From contig CAVNZM010000003.1 of the NCBI GenBank assembly GCA_963693365.1, forward strand, positions 2,333,908-2,397,907: a stretch of 64,000 nt of DNA, given 5' to 3'. Origin of the DNA: Amoebidium appalachense. Lineage: Eukaryota; Protista; Ichthyosporea. The notes under the pieces were generated by a model. That model had not been told where the DNA came from. It did not search any database and saw only the letters and a program-made list of their open reading frames with translations. Shown piece by piece: positions 1 through 14,318 of the stretch. Every line of letters starts with the position of its first letter. Positions within the stretch are counted from its first letter, which is position 1. Both the position numbers and the translations under genes were made by a program.

Positions 1-28
1 ACACACACACACACACACACACACCCGT

Positions 29-101
<73 letters not shown>
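1..101. repeat. (AC)n microsatellite
   Basis: Near-perfect AC run. Many similar (AC)n, (AG)n and poly-C/G tracts occur throughout and generate most of the low-complexity ORFs in the track. Confidence 0.95.
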
Positions 102-105
<4 letters not shown>

Positions 106-350
106 GTGGTGTGTGTGTGTGTGTGTGGGGGGGGGGGTTTACACACACAGCAACGGCTTTGGGAACACAACGGGCAAACACACAAATGATATGCAGAAAC
201 AGCACGGTGCATGTGTGCCTGCCCGTCCACGTAACTCTGCACAACGTCCATTTGATCTATCCGCATCCACCACCGCACACCACCACTACTACACACCTGC
301 CCCCACCTCAAAAACATGTCATGCCACTATCCCCCCCCCCCCCAACCCAT

Positions 351-386
<36 letters not shown>

Positions 387-540
387 CACACACACACCAT
401 AGTGGCCACCCCCCTACCCTCCTTAACGCACAACACAACACAAACAATTGAACAAGCTAAACTAACAAGGGGGGTGCCCACCCACCACCCACGACAAACC
501 AGCCAACCAACCACCAAACAAACAAACCGCCCAGGGGGGG

Positions 541-1393
541 GGGTTTGAATGCGGAACACAGTACGAAGTACGCATAGACGATGAGAAGCATAGTGCAGGA
601 CACATGCAAAGGCAAACATTCAAGTATGCAGCATCAGCCATGCGCACAGTATGCGTCATAAGCAGAGCCCATCCTCAGGGAGGGCCCAAGTCATCAATTG
701 CGTCTGAGTTTCGACCCCTTAGCCCGCGTATATACGACGCTCCAACTCAGACAGCAGCATCAACTGAACTTGGGTGGGTCAACCCGTCTTGATCAAAGAC
801 GAGCAGGGTTGCTTATGCAAGCAAGGTGAGCAAAACGGTGAAGATGTGTGTGCAAACTAATGCAGTGCATCGACAAACGCGTATGTGCTTACAGATGCAC
901 GACACAGAGCAACCATGCCCGGTTGCATGGAAGTAAAGATGTCTCCACACAGTGGTCTGTCCTGAAAGGACACCTCTGAAAGAAGACAGGGGGGGGTTTG
1001 AATGCGGAACACAGTACGAAGTACGCATAGACGATGAGAAGCATGGTGCAGGACACATGCAAAGGCAAACATTCAAGTATGCAGCATCAGCCATGCGCAC
1101 AGTATGCGTCATAAGCAGAGCCCATCCTCAGGGAGGGCCCAAGTCATCAATTGCGTCTGAGTTTCGACCCCTTAGCCAGCGTATATACGACGCTCCAACT
1201 CAGACAGCAGCATCAACTGAACTTGGGTGTGGGTCAACCCGTCTTGATCAAAGACGAGCAGGGTTGCTTATGCAAGCAAGGTGAGCAAAACGGTGAAGAT
1301 GTGTGTGCAAACTAATGCAGTGCAGCGACAAATGCGTATGTGCTTACAGATGCACGACACAGAGCAACCATGCCCGGTTGCATGGAAGTAAAG
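541..1393. repeat. Direct duplication of ~400 bp (541-938 and 994-1393)
   Basis: GGGTTTGAATGCGGAACACAG...CATGGAAGTAAAG occurs twice, nearly identical, with G tracts at the edges. Confidence 0.9.
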
Positions 1394-1431
<38 letters not shown>

Positions 1432-1435
1432 AGAC

Positions 1436-2609
1436 CTTTCTTTTGAGCGCGGCCAGGGCAGCCTGTTCCTCGTGCAGTCTCTGCTGCCTCTCTCGGGCAC
1501 GCAGCAGCGCCTCATTGCGGTCAGCACCTGGATATACCCACAGCGGGATATGTGTCAGATATAGTGGGATATGTGTCATATTTTGGATATGCACATAGTG
1601 GGATATGTGTCAGATATACCCAAATGATATGAATCAGATAAACCCAGAGCCGGATATGGGTCAGAATCAGTTTACGCACAGTGGGATAGGTGGAAATTCG
1701 GATTTACATACAAGTGGGATATATGTCAGATATAATGGGATTGTCAGATTGGATATGCGCACAGTGGGATATGTGTTAGATTGAATATGTGCAATGGATA
1801 TGTGTCAGATTGAATATAGTGGGATATGTGTCAAATTGAATATAGTTGGATATGTGTCAGATTGAATATTGTGGAATGTGTGTCAGATTGGATATATTGG
1901 GATATGTGTCAGATATATTGGATATAATGAGATGGGTGTCAGATTGGATATACAGGGGTCCCTCGCGTATTAATGCATTCCCATTTTTGGCCGAAAGTGT
2001 ATTCATACACAAACGTGACACTTTAATCAGTAGATTGCCATATATGGTGTGGCGCCTATGTATTTACATGTGAGTATAGGGGGAAATCTATATGTCCTCT
2101 TATACTATCGTGCAGGGCCGGAAGTGTATCAATACGCGAATGTATAAATAAGACGGTGTATTAATACGCGGAGAACCCCTGTACTGGCATATGTGTCAGA
2201 TGCATAGGATATAATGGGACGCTTGTCAGATTGAATATATGGGATATGCGTCAAATTGAATATAGTGGGATGTGTCAGTTTGGATTAATGGGATATTTGT
2301 AATTGGACATAATCCCAGTAGGATATGCATTAGCTTCGGCATCAGGGGTAATGAAAAAAGTGTGTCTCCGTCACCGTGTACATGCATACGTGCCTCGTGA
2401 GTCGTCCCCCCCCCCTCCCCCCTCCCCCCCCCCCCCCTTCTCCTACTTCTCCCCCCGTCTCCCCAGCCCAGGCCCCCTCCTCCCCCTCCCCCCCCCCCCC
2501 CCGCCTCTTGCCCATCTCTCTCTCCCCCCTCCCCCCCCCACTCCCCCGATTCCCCCTCCCTCCCTCTTCCCCTCCCCGCCACCCCTTCTCTCTTTTCCTC
2601 ACCAACAGC

Positions 2610-2676
<67 letters not shown>

Positions 2677-3220
2677 CCTCCCTCCCTCCCTCCCTCCCTC
2701 CCCCCCCTCCCTCCCTCCCTTGGACTTTCCCCTTTCTATCTCTCCCTCTCACTGCCCTCATCATCCCCCCCCCCCCCCCCCCCCACCTCTCACTTGTGCA
2801 TGAGTGTGTATGTGAACCCATGTGTTCGTGTGTGTTGCCGCACAAGCATATCCACCAAATGTGCGTGTGCGACCAGTATGCTGGTAACTGTTAACAACGT
2901 GCAGCACACCTTGAGGATAAAGCACAGATTCACAATGCGGATAGGCAATAAAAAACACGCACATGTTATGCGAAAAAAGTGCAACACTTGCGCGCGCGAG
3001 GGGGGCTCAAAATGTGTAACACGGTTCGACGTACGACTACGGTCGGGGAAAAACACGGTGCAGGACACGTGCAAAAACAAACATGAAAGAAGGCATTCTC
3101 AGCAAGTGAACGAGGGATTCGCAGCCGAGCCCCGGGGGAGGGAGGGGGAGGGGGGGGGGGGGAGGGGGGGAGGGGAGCTAGTATGTATGGCACATTAAGA
3201 AGTACAGAGATACAAAAAGA

Positions 3221-3261
<41 letters not shown>

Positions 3262-3576
3262 GTAGAGCATCAAATTGAACGTCAAAAACAAACACGAACA
3301 GCACACGACACCTGCAAATAGCGTTCTCAGAGGGGTTTGCCCCATCGTGCCCACATTATTTCATTCATGCTGTGCTCAAACACTTAACCCAAAAACTGAT
3401 GTGGTGTAATGGGTGTGTCGGCGGAGGCAGGAAGGGTGGGGGAAGGTAGGGGAGGGGGGAGGGGGAGTGACAGTTCTTGGCAATTAAAGCCCAGATGTGG
3501 GCACGAAAAAGGCCGGGAGGGTGGGTGGGAGGTAGGGGGGGAGGACGGGAGAAGGGTTCGGAATGGGGAGGACGGG

Positions 3577-3612
<36 letters not shown>

Positions 3613-3800
3613 ATATTACTTGCAGCTGGGGTTGAGGCGGTGCCAGCAGGAGATCTGTCGGCGAGTGAACGATTACGCCACCACCACAGTGTCAAAACGG
3701 CAAGAACGGCAAGCTGAAGGGCATGCTCACGCAGAAGACTCAGCACTGCGGGTGATGCTTGGTTAGTTACTGGTGTTGAGTTCGAGCTTTGCCATACTAG
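1436..3800 (-). CDS. Two probable exons (3800-3620, 1527-1436) of a single-pass membrane protein resembling the selenoprotein S (VIMP) N-terminal half
   Basis: tgcag|CTA...GCAA|gtaat and tccag|GTGCT...AAG|gtctgt join in phase 1. The product has a TM helix (ALQLAVLAVLTLWWWR) followed by a charged helix (RNEALLRARERQQRLHEEQ), similar to SELENOS RQEALAAARLKMQEEL. First and last exons not defined. Confidence 0.4.
1541..2320. repeat. Degenerate ~26-bp minisatellite (GGGATATGTGTCAGATTGAATATAGT)
   Basis: Many diverged tandem copies, interrupted by the MITE at 1953-2181. Confidence 0.8.
1953..2181. mobile_element. Tc1/mariner-type MITE, 229 bp
   Basis: Left end CAGGGGTCCCTCGCGTATTAAT matches the reverse complement of the right end, CAGGGGTTCTCCGCGTATTAAT. 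TA flanks both sides and there is no ORF. Confidence 0.8.
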
Positions 3801-4037
3801 CTGCATGCAACACTAAACATAAGTAGTGTGTGCATATAGGTGTATGTGCACCTTGAAAAGGGCAAGGTGGTGAAGAGAGAAAGAGGTAGTAGGAAAAGGG
3901 GTAACAGTGGATGGCAGAAGCGGCGCCAGGAGGCAGGGGGAGTCTTGCGCAGGTAAGAAGTTCGGTGGAGCCGTTGAATGCCGAGGATCAAAATAGTCAT
4001 CACGATGAAGGAAATAAGGTGGTAGTGGCGTGCACGT

Positions 4038-4076
<39 letters not shown>

Positions 4077-5254
4077 TGTGTCTGTGTCTGTGTGTGTGTG
4101 TGTGTGCGCGCGCGCGTGCGTGCGTGCATGCGTGCGTGTGTCCGTGTGAGTCACGTGGAAGAAAGGCGAGAAGAGAATGTAAGTGGAAACTGGTGAGAAA
4201 TGGTTGCCAAAAAACGAAATAACAGTTCTTTCTTTTCGTGAGATCTTTTCATATGGAAAAGTACGCACGTGGAGTTTTCGCATGCGGTCCTACGTCACTG
4301 CAACCATGTGCGCACTTGGGTCTGTTTTCGACGTCTTAGACACCCCAACTTGCCTTGGCTTAGAGGCGTGGCCAGGGATGGCCCCAGTTCCGGATCCTCC
4401 ATGTTTGTCCTATCCCCCAACCGGGGCAGATGTCCTGCAACAGCAACTGAGTAGATGTCTCACAAACTGTTATTACCGCTCTAAATTTCCCCCCCCTAGC
4501 TTCCGCTCAAAACATTTCTCGGGACCCACAATAACCAATTCTTTTCCTGTTAGCACGGTAAACTCCAGAGTGCCAGGACGGGGTATCATCAACTACGTGA
4601 CAAAGAATGTGCTCTGTTATCACCCAAAAAACAACCATAAGAACAGAAGAGCAAGGTGGAAAGAGATTTCTCGACAAACGAGAAATCGACAAACGAAAAA
4701 TCGACAAACGACAAAGAAGGTACAACGAAAATAATGGTGGCCTCGCAGTTCACTAATCAAGAAAGTGCAGATAATTCCCAAATTCAAGCGCCAGCCACAC
4801 CGCTGTGCGTGCCCAACACAGATCTTCCCATTCAGAAGCTTTACCTTGGTGCCTTCACTTGTGCAGTTCACTGACACGTTTCGAAGGGGGAAAAAAGTTC
4901 CAAACTGACACAAAACTGAAAGCTGATGATGAGCGAGTGACCGATGACGTGGCAACAAGAACGAGATGCCGCATTCCGCACATTCCTCGGATGTTGCGCA
5001 AACACTTGACGGTCATCGGTTTTGCGCTGAATGTTCAAGAAACGCGTGTGTTGTTGTAAACTTTGAAGAGCAAAGTGTTAACGAGGTGCTTCGTAGATAA
5101 CTGCTTATATAGTTTGGTCCAGGGTTAGACAATACCCCAAAAATACCCTAAAAAATACCCCACTGCCAGAAAAAAATACCCCGCCTGGAAGAGGCTGGGG
5201 TACACTACCCTTCCTGCGTAGGGTACGTGGCCGGATAGTGGAGTGTACATATAG

Positions 5255-5311
<57 letters not shown>

Positions 5312-5596
5312 CCCCTTTTTTTTTTTTTTCTTTTTTTTTTCCTCTTTTCTTTTGACTCGGGTTTATTGATCCCCCCGAAGGTGGGAACTCGGTGATAGGC
5401 TATTATTTTCATGCATGAGATAGTTCGCTCGGTTATCCCGCACTCAGCAGTCAAGTAAAATGAATTTTGGCCACCGTAATGGTAAAATTGGGGAACCTTT
5501 TGACATAATCTTAAGGTTTTGGGGGCTTTTTGTTGACATTAAGTTACAAATGTCATGTCAAAAGAAAAGAAAAAAAAATGTCACGGGCCTTACACC

Positions 5597-6313
5597 AGTC
5601 TGATGGTTATTTTCGGTTTTTTTTTTTGGCGCGAAACTCCCTCCCTTCAGTCAAAACACAGCCTTCAAGTCAGTTGTCAGGTGAATCAGAGCCGGTTTTT
5701 TTTAAGTTCTCACGTGTCACGCTTTCACCCGTGTTGTTTTTGGGCCCTTTCGCTGTAGGTCACTCTCTCCATGGGCAAACACGCGCTTCCTAAAATAGGG
5801 TAGCCCCTGTGGCTGCCAGCACTCGGCAGCCTGACCATCGCTTTTCAGATGGGAAGGCGCAGTCGAAGCCTGGCCCTAAAACACTCAAGTTGGGCGATTT
5901 TCTTAAACACGCTGCGGTGGTCAAGGCAAAGAAGGCCAAGCAGTCTGGTACGGTCGCCACTGAAAAGTCTGTGGGCCAGGAATCAGGTGCTAATATTTCG
6001 GTTGCCAAGCAGGTGGCGGAGGTGGTGGAGGAAAATGCAGCCGTTTCTAACCCCCCGGCCCGGGGGAAGGGGGGGGGGGGGGGGGGGGACAACGAGAGGG
6101 ATATTACGTTGGAAAGAAAGCCCAGTTGCCTGTAGGCGGAGGAGACAGGCAGAGAGAGAGCTGGGAGGGTAGTGAGGGAGGGGTGGGGGTGGGGGGGAGA
6201 GGGGGAGGCTTCGGAGAGAAAGAGAGACCGGGAGTCTCAGAGCACCGTGAGAGAGGGGGAGAGAGAGAGACAAACAGACTCTCGGGGAGAGAGGGAGAGA
6301 GAGAAAGTAGAGA

Positions 6314-6355
<42 letters not shown>

Positions 6356-7685
6356 TATATATATATATATAAAGAGCGAGGGATTGAAAACTGTCTGAGA
6401 GAGAGACTCGGGCGGGGGAGAGGGGGGGCGGGGAAGGGGGGGAGACGGTGAGAGAGAGAGACAGAGAGACAGAGAGAGGGAAAGGAGGAAGAACGTGAAG
6501 AGAGAGAGACTGTCCGGAAAGCCTGGGGGAAGAGGGGGCGAGAGAGAGAGAGAGAGATATATATATATATATATATAAAGAGTGAGAGAGAGAAAGAGAG
6601 AGAACGAGCGAGCGAAAGAAAGAGAGAGACTGGGGGGGGGGGGGGGGGGGGAGATAGAGAGATAGAGAGAGAGACCGAAAGAAAGAGAGAGACTGGGGGG
6701 GAGGGGGAGAGGGAGAGAGGCAGAGAGGGAGTCTGATGGTTATTTTCGGTTTTTTTTTTGGCGCGAAACTCCCTCCCTTCAGTCAAAACACAGCCTTCAA
6801 GTCAGTTGTCAGGTGAATCAGAGCCGGTTTTTTTTTAAGTTCTCACGTGTCACGCTTTCACCCGTGTTGTTTTTGGGCCCTTTCGCTGTAGGTCACTCTC
6901 TCCATGGTCAAACACGCGCTTCCTAAAATAGGGTACCCCTGTGGCTGCCAGCACTCGGCAGCCTGACCATCGCTTTTCAGATGGGAAGGAGCAGTCGAAG
7001 CCTGGCCCTAAAACACTCAAGTTGGGCGATTTTCTTAAACACGCTGCGGTGGTCAAGGCAAAGAAGGCCAAGCAGTCTGGTACGGTCGCCACTGAAAAGT
7101 CTGTGGGCCAGGAATCGGGTGCTAATATTTCGGTTGCCAAGCAGGTGGCTGAGGTGGTGGAGGAAAATGCAGCCGTTTCTAACCCCCCGGCCCGGGGGCA
7201 GGGGGGGGGGGGGGGACAACGAGAGGGATATTACGTTGGAACTGGAAAGAAAGCCCAGTTGCCTGTAGGCGGAGGAGACAGGCAGAGAGAGAGCTGGGAG
7301 GGTAGTGAGGGAGGGGGTGGGGGTGGGGGGGAGAGGGGGAGGCTTCGGAGAGAAAGAGAGACCGGGAGTCTCAGAGCACCGTGAGAGAGGGGGAGAGAGA
7401 CAAAGAGACTCTCGGGGAGAGAGGGAGAGAGAGAAAGTATAGAGGAGAAGAGGGAGAGAAAGAGAGAGAGAGACATATATATATAAAGAGCGAGGAATTG
7501 AAAACTGCCTGAGAGAGAGACTCGGGCGGGGGGGGAGGGGGGGGGGGGGGGGGGAAGGGGGGGAGGCGGTGAGAGCGAGAGACAGAGAGACAGAGAGAGG
7601 GAGAGGAGGAAGAACGTGAAGAGAGAGAGACTGTCCGGAAAGCCTGGGGGAAGAGGGGGCGAGAGAGAGAGAGAGAGAGAGATAA

Positions 7686-7717
<32 letters not shown>

Positions 7718-7830
7718 CGAGCAAGCGAAAGAAAGAGAGAGACTGGGGGGGGGGGAGAGAGAGAGATAGATAGAGAGAGAGACCGAAAGAAAGAGAGAGA
7801 CTGGGGGGGAGGGAGAGAGGCAGAGAGGGA
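5597..7830. repeat. Tandem duplication of ~1.13 kb (5597-6729, 6730-~7830) containing a Lys/Ala-rich exon-like ORF
   Basis: AGTCTGATGGTTATTTTCGG starts both copies. ORFs at 5809 and 6941 give nearly identical peptides (KTLKLGDFLKHAAVVKAKKAK); function unknown. Confidence 0.85.
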
Positions 7831-7866
7831 GAGGGAGGGAGGGAGGGAGGGAGTGAGGGAGGGAGG

Positions 7867-7916
<50 letters not shown>

Positions 7917-9388
7917 GAGAGAGAGACGGACAGAGAGAGAGAAGAGAGAGACTTCAGATCTCTAGAAGGGGGTGCGCGGGCGCCCCAAGAGAGGAAGTGA
8001 CCGTAAGAGAAATCCTAAGGAGAAAGACGTATCTAATAAACGACCACCGTTGAAGCTAGAGACACGGAGAGAACTTAGCACGCAGGAACAGGTGCGACAC
8101 TAAGCAAAGCTTTTCAGCGGGCGGCGCGCTGCGCGCGCCTCTGGCTATTCATTAAAAGTTAGTCATCAACACAATGTCTCTATCCTGAGATGAACAGGCG
8201 ATTATAACACCTAAACGAAAGTTAGACTGGCTGTCTTAGGTTATAATGGTGCGGGTAGGCGAGTGTGACATGCGTGCTCAGTGAAAACAAAACCCTGAGT
8301 TTCAAAAGCACCTGTATCAAGTGTGTTTTGGCTTCAGAGGGGCTGCCCGCCATAGGATATATTTACATATTAGCGGATAGGTATACAAAGGTTTATCTGA
8401 TCTATCCAAAGTACGTATATCCTGGAAATACCCCACCTTTCGCGAGGCCAAAATGGATGACGTCACAAAACTTCGGAAAATACCCGACTTGAAACCCAAA
8501 TGTCGAACCCTGGTTTGGTCTCGGACATGATATAAAAGACTGTAACAACCCGGCCTTATTCCTCCCTCCCCCTCCCCCAAACACACACACACACACACAG
8601 TGTCACACACCCCACCCTCCCCTACTCTTTCTCCCTCATTCTAATTCTCTCCCTCTCCCGCCCTTCCTTCCCCCTCTCCCTTCGTCTTCTCGCCTACACA
8701 TATACAAAAACAAACATACACACTCTCTCTGCCCCCCCCTCTCCCCCCCTCCTCTCCCCCTCTTGCTCTCTCCACATCCCTCCCTCCCTCCCTCCCTCCC
8801 TTCCCCCCTCCCTCACTCCCTCCCTCTCTCCCTCCCTCCCTCCCTCCCTCACTCCCTCCCTTCTCCCTCTCGCTCGCTCTTAAGCTCTCTTGCTCTCTCT
8901 CTCGCTCGCTCGCTCCCACCCTCCGTCTCTCTCTCTCTGCCCCTCTCTCTCTATCTTTCCCGCCTTCTCTATTGACATCTCTCTCGCTGCCCCTCGTTCG
9001 CTTGCTCACTCGTGCGCTCGCTCTCTCTCTTTCAGCCTCTCTTTCCCCCCTCCCCCTCCCCCCCCCCCCTTTCCCCTCCCCCCTCCCCTCCCGACACACG
9101 CACACACAAACACACACACACACACTTGCATCCGCCTGCAGGTTCCAAAAATCATATGTTGATGAATAGCTGTGTTACCGTTGAAAAGACGGCTGAAGCA
9201 TTCCACAAGTCTTGGTTACTTTCGCCGACAATCCTGTGTAGTTCTTGGGATTCAGAATCTTCATGGCACGGGGGCCTATAAGAGAAAATTTTCTTCTTAC
9301 ACCAGGTACGGTTTTAACGGTTTTTTTTTGTTCCTTTTCTTAGTTTTTGGGCACAACTTTACCTTTGGGGGCATCCTTACAACCCGTC

Positions 9389-9444
<56 letters not shown>

Positions 9445-9828
9445 ACACCACCACCACCACCACCGAACCAGTCGGCCCACCCGTCGGCCTTCCTGCTCAC
9501 TACCGTTATCCGTAAATTGTCGCGGAGTCATATGTAAGCTGTTATTTCCTTATTCCACACACCAGCTGCTCTGTTGGTGCACCTCAACTCCGCTCTGTGG
9601 CGAGTTTTTCTCCGTGAATGGTGTCTCGATGCTTTTTGTTTACAGTTTTCCGTTTGCGTGCCCTAACTTAGGCCTCTGTCTGAACCCCCCCAAAAGACAC
9701 GTGTGCACGCACGGGCACGGCTAGGCGCCCGCAAACATACGCACAGAGAAAGAGACAGGTGAGGGGGGGGGGGGGGGGAGGGGGGAGGGGGGAGGGGGGG
9801 GAGTACGCGTGTGTTTGTGTGTGTGTGT

Positions 9829-9859
<31 letters not shown>

Positions 9860-10254
9860 GCTAGCCACTCGCATGAAAGTAATTAAACTCGCGAACTCCA
9901 CTTCTCTATTTCTATACAAACTTCTTGATTCTACCCCCATCCCCGTCCTCACCTGCCCCCCGTCCCCACCTCCCTCCCCCCCACAACAACAACAACAAAA
10001 AAAAAAAAACCATTTGGTCGTTTATGTCTGCCTTACCCTCCTCCCTCCCCCCTCCCCCTCACCCCACCCCCAATCCCCACCCCCCTCCCATCTTCCTCCC
10101 TAAAAAATAAAAGAAGAAGGGAAAACAAGAAACTGACTAAACGCACGGACGCAGGCACGTACGCTCGGGTGGGTGCGCACGCAACACACACGCGCGCGCG
10201 CACACACACACACACACACATACACACATACATACCGTACATATATACATACAT

Positions 10255-10298
<44 letters not shown>

Positions 10299-10306
10299 AC
10301 ACATAA

Positions 10307-10380
<74 letters not shown>

Positions 10381-10782
10381 GGTTAGAAAGAGAGCGGCAG
10401 AGTGAGAGCTAGAGGCAGAGACAGTGGGGGGGGTTTGTAATGTTTTACCCCCCCCCCCCCCCCCCCCCCTCTCCCCAAGCATTTATGTTTCTTTCCAGAA
10501 ATATAATTTGAACACAAATGTGCACACAGATAAGTAGTTTTGTGGTAAAACAAACTCATGTTGGTTTAATTTTCCTGAGTTTCCGTGGAGTAAATATAAG
10601 CTGATGTCGAACGTCATGGTGGGGTGCCTTTATGTTATGATGCTATCACGTCCAGAAAAGGTCCAAAATATTCGAGATTTCGATGGTAATGTAACCGATT
10701 GGTTGATGGGTGCTTGTACTGTGTGTAGCTGGGGGTTTTTTTTTTTTGTTTTTTTTTTTTGGTTTTTTTTTTGTGTGTGTGT

Positions 10783-10823
<41 letters not shown>

Positions 10824-11785
10824 GTGCACATACAGCCCAATCCAAACATCAACCATACCACGAATTCAGTGCATGCACATGTAGAGTAGAATTCTTGGAA
10901 CTGAACATGCAAGTTGTTCAACCTCCTTGTTCTTACTTGCTTTCGACTCTCTCTTCTCTCTCTTCTCCTTTCTAACAGGTGTTCTCTTTTTCTGTTCTTT
11001 TGAACACAATTTGCCGTAAGTTCGTTAAGGGGGTATGTCTCCTTGCAAGAACGACCGTCTGTTGCTCTTCGAATTCATGATAATACACAACATTTTATTT
11101 GCCATATTCTGGTTTGTAAACGGTGATTTTACCATTTGATTCGTATGAAATCCCTAGGTATCACACTGTACATATATGTTGTATGTGAAACATATTTCCC
11201 CCCTAAGTTCTGAATATGCTGTGCCGGCAATTCTTCTGCAAATACCTTGGGCTGTCCCCCCGGCCTTTTAAAAGAAGAGAAACAAAAAAGGAAAGGAAAA
11301 ATAAAGCTAAACGTACAACCAATCATTAGGAAAAACCCCGAGACTGTGCAACCAATTAAACGTGCGCAAGACAGCCACTAAGTTCCAAAAGGCGACACAT
11401 GTACAGTGACCACAAAGCACCAACCCTAAACAGGCAGGTGCCACGGGATGTGCGGCTGGAACCATCTAATACATGTATTCATCACTCGTATATGCATGTG
11501 ATGTAAACGGTAAATATAGCACACATACATAACCGACAGACAGAAAAGAACATGATCATCACGGTCAGTATGACATACACTCAGTTATGAAAATCCCTGC
11601 ACCTAAGAGTGTTAAACAAAATACTAATATGTGTGGCTTACTAACTTATACGTCGTTTTCACATCTTAAGACATAATATCGATACTAGTGCAAACCTAGC
11701 AGGGCCAAAAGGTCGTCAGAACCACCCACTTTATACACGTCAGGATTCGACACTACTATCCCCCCCATACTACCCCCCCCCCCCA

Positions 11786-11823
<38 letters not shown>

Positions 11824-12202
11824 CCCCCGGGGGCGGACCCTTATGGCTGGAGCGACAGTTTTTGCCCATATATGGCAACTTCGTGCAAATCGCACATTCT
11901 GATCAGCACCAGCTGGAATTTTGCCGCGAAAATCTCTGTCGACATCATGATCTGTAAAAGAATACAGAAAGGGCAAGTCATTAGGCCACGAGACAGGGTG
12001 TTTCTCCCATCTCATGCTCCGTGATGGGTGAGCTTATATTTGCCTGTGTTTGTGTGCAAGCGGGCAGGCGGGTGGACGGGTGTGCACGCCATGGCGTGTG
12101 TGCTTATGTGCTCATGCGTGCACCCAAGTGTGTTTTCTTTTTTTTTTTTTTTTTTTTTTTTGGTGGGTGGGTGGGTGGGTGGGTGGGTGGGTGGGTGGGG
12201 GT

Positions 12203-12241
<39 letters not shown>

Positions 12242-12243
<2 letters not shown>

Positions 12244-12368
12244 TGTATGTGTAGGGGGGAGTGGATGTGTGTTGATTGTGTACAGTACGTATACTGTATC
12301 ACTGTGACTCCCATACCACCCCGGGGAGGGGGTAGGAGTGGGGGAGGGGCGGACGGGCGGAGGGGAAA

Positions 12369-12399
<31 letters not shown>

Positions 12400-12540
12400 T
12401 GTATGTGTAGGGGGGAGTGGATGTGTGTTGATCGTGTACAGTACGTATACTGTAACAATGTGACTTCCATACTACTCCGGGGAGGGATGTAGGGATGGGG
12501 GGAGGGGCGGGCGGACGGGGGGGGGGGGGGGGGGGGGGGG
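12242..12540. repeat. ~157-bp tandem duplication between G tracts
   Basis: GATGTATGTGTAGGGGGGAGTGGATGTGTGTTGAT occurs at ~12242 and ~12398. Confidence 0.75.
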
Positions 12541-12975
12541 GACCCTAAGTAACTTATGTGGTCGTTTGCATATGCGCCCATCTGCATGCATAAAAGGCAA
12601 TTTGTCTGTCGTATCATTGGTTGGCTGCATGCGGCATGCATGGTGTGTGTCTCACACCATCCTCACCCCTTCTCCCCCTCCCCTCCCCCCCCCCCCCCCC
12701 CCCCCGCCCCCTTGTGTATTTCCCCTCTCCCCCCCTCCCCCCCTCCCCCCCCCCCCCCAAAAAAAAAAGCATCTGACAGCCACAGCCATGCGGCATGCGG
12801 CCCTCAATCACTTTTTGAGGGACCAGCCCTGTGGGGTGCAGTTTGTAGCTCAGGTCCCAGACCACTTCCATGCAAGGTGTGTGTTGGGCGGCCTCCCTTC
12901 TTCATAATACCTTTGCCCCTTCCCCCTCCCCCCTTTTATTCATACTCTTTCTCTTTATCTTCTCACTCTCGCCAT

Positions 12976-13036
<61 letters not shown>

Positions 13037-13049
13037 TCTCTCTCACACA

Positions 13050-13114
<65 letters not shown>

Positions 13115-13149
13115 CCCTCCCTTCTCTATCTTCCCTCCCCTCCCTCCCT

Positions 13150-13180
<31 letters not shown>

Positions 13181-13737
13181 CGTCTGTCTGTCTCTCGCTC
13201 TCTCTCACTCTCTCACTCATTCATACACACACACACTCTCTCTCTGCCTCTCTCCCTCTCTCCCTCCCTCCCTCCCTCCCTCCCTCCCTCCCCCCTTCCC
13301 TTCCTCTATTTCTCCCCCCCTCCCTCCCCCCCCCCCCCCCCCCACACACACACCCCCTCCTCTCGTCTCGCCCCCCTCAGAGTCCCTCCCTTTCTCCCTC
13401 CCTCCCATCCCCCCCCCTCCCCCCTCCCCCCCCCCCACACACACACACACACACAGCCTGGTTCCTCCCCTTCCCCTCCCCCGTCACACACATACACACT
13501 CTTTCTCTCTCTCTCTCTCCCCCCCCCCTCCACCACCACCCTTCAATACCTCACAAATACCTCACCCTTTTAACTGACTACGTATTCCTGGTAAGAACAC
13601 ACAGAGACACACAAACACAGATGTCACACACACAGATATGGTCTTGCGCGCCCGTGCCCTCCCACCCCTCTCTTCTCCCCCCCCCCCCCCCCCCCCATTA
13701 CACAGAGATACGCTCACTCACTCGGTCACTCGCTCAG

Positions 13738-13805
<68 letters not shown>

Positions 13806-14100
13806 ACACAAATACACACAAATACCCATTTCTTACCTTTACTCAATAGACTTTTCCATCCTCTCTTACACATGACCATACCCTTTATCCCTCCCGCCCC
13901 GGATCCCCCGAACCCCTCCCTGCCTGCCCTGTCAGTACACACACAGTCAACCCCAGCCAAATTTCTAACCTCAGTTCATACTAGTACCCCTCCCTCCTCC
14001 CCCCCCCCCCCCCCCCCACACACACACAAACACGCACACACATTCCGGGACCCTCTCTCTCTAGCCCCCACCTCCCCCCCCTCTCTCTTTTACCCTACCA

Positions 14101-14177
<77 letters not shown>

Positions 14178-14270
14178 CGAGTCTCTCTCTCTCTCTCTCT
14201 CACTCTTCCGTCCCCCCACCTATCACTTTCTCTTTCTCCTCTCGTCTCCTCTCTCTCTCTCTCTCCTGAG

Positions 14271-14318
<48 letters not shown>

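Noticed and set aside
1541-2320. CRISPR-like array in the ~26-bp repeats
   Set aside because: The units are contiguous and degenerate, with no unique spacers or cas genes, in a eukaryotic context.
8296-8500. Possible MITE bounded by TGAGTTTCAA and TTGAAACCCA
   Set aside because: Only a ~10-bp imperfect inverted match and no TSD.
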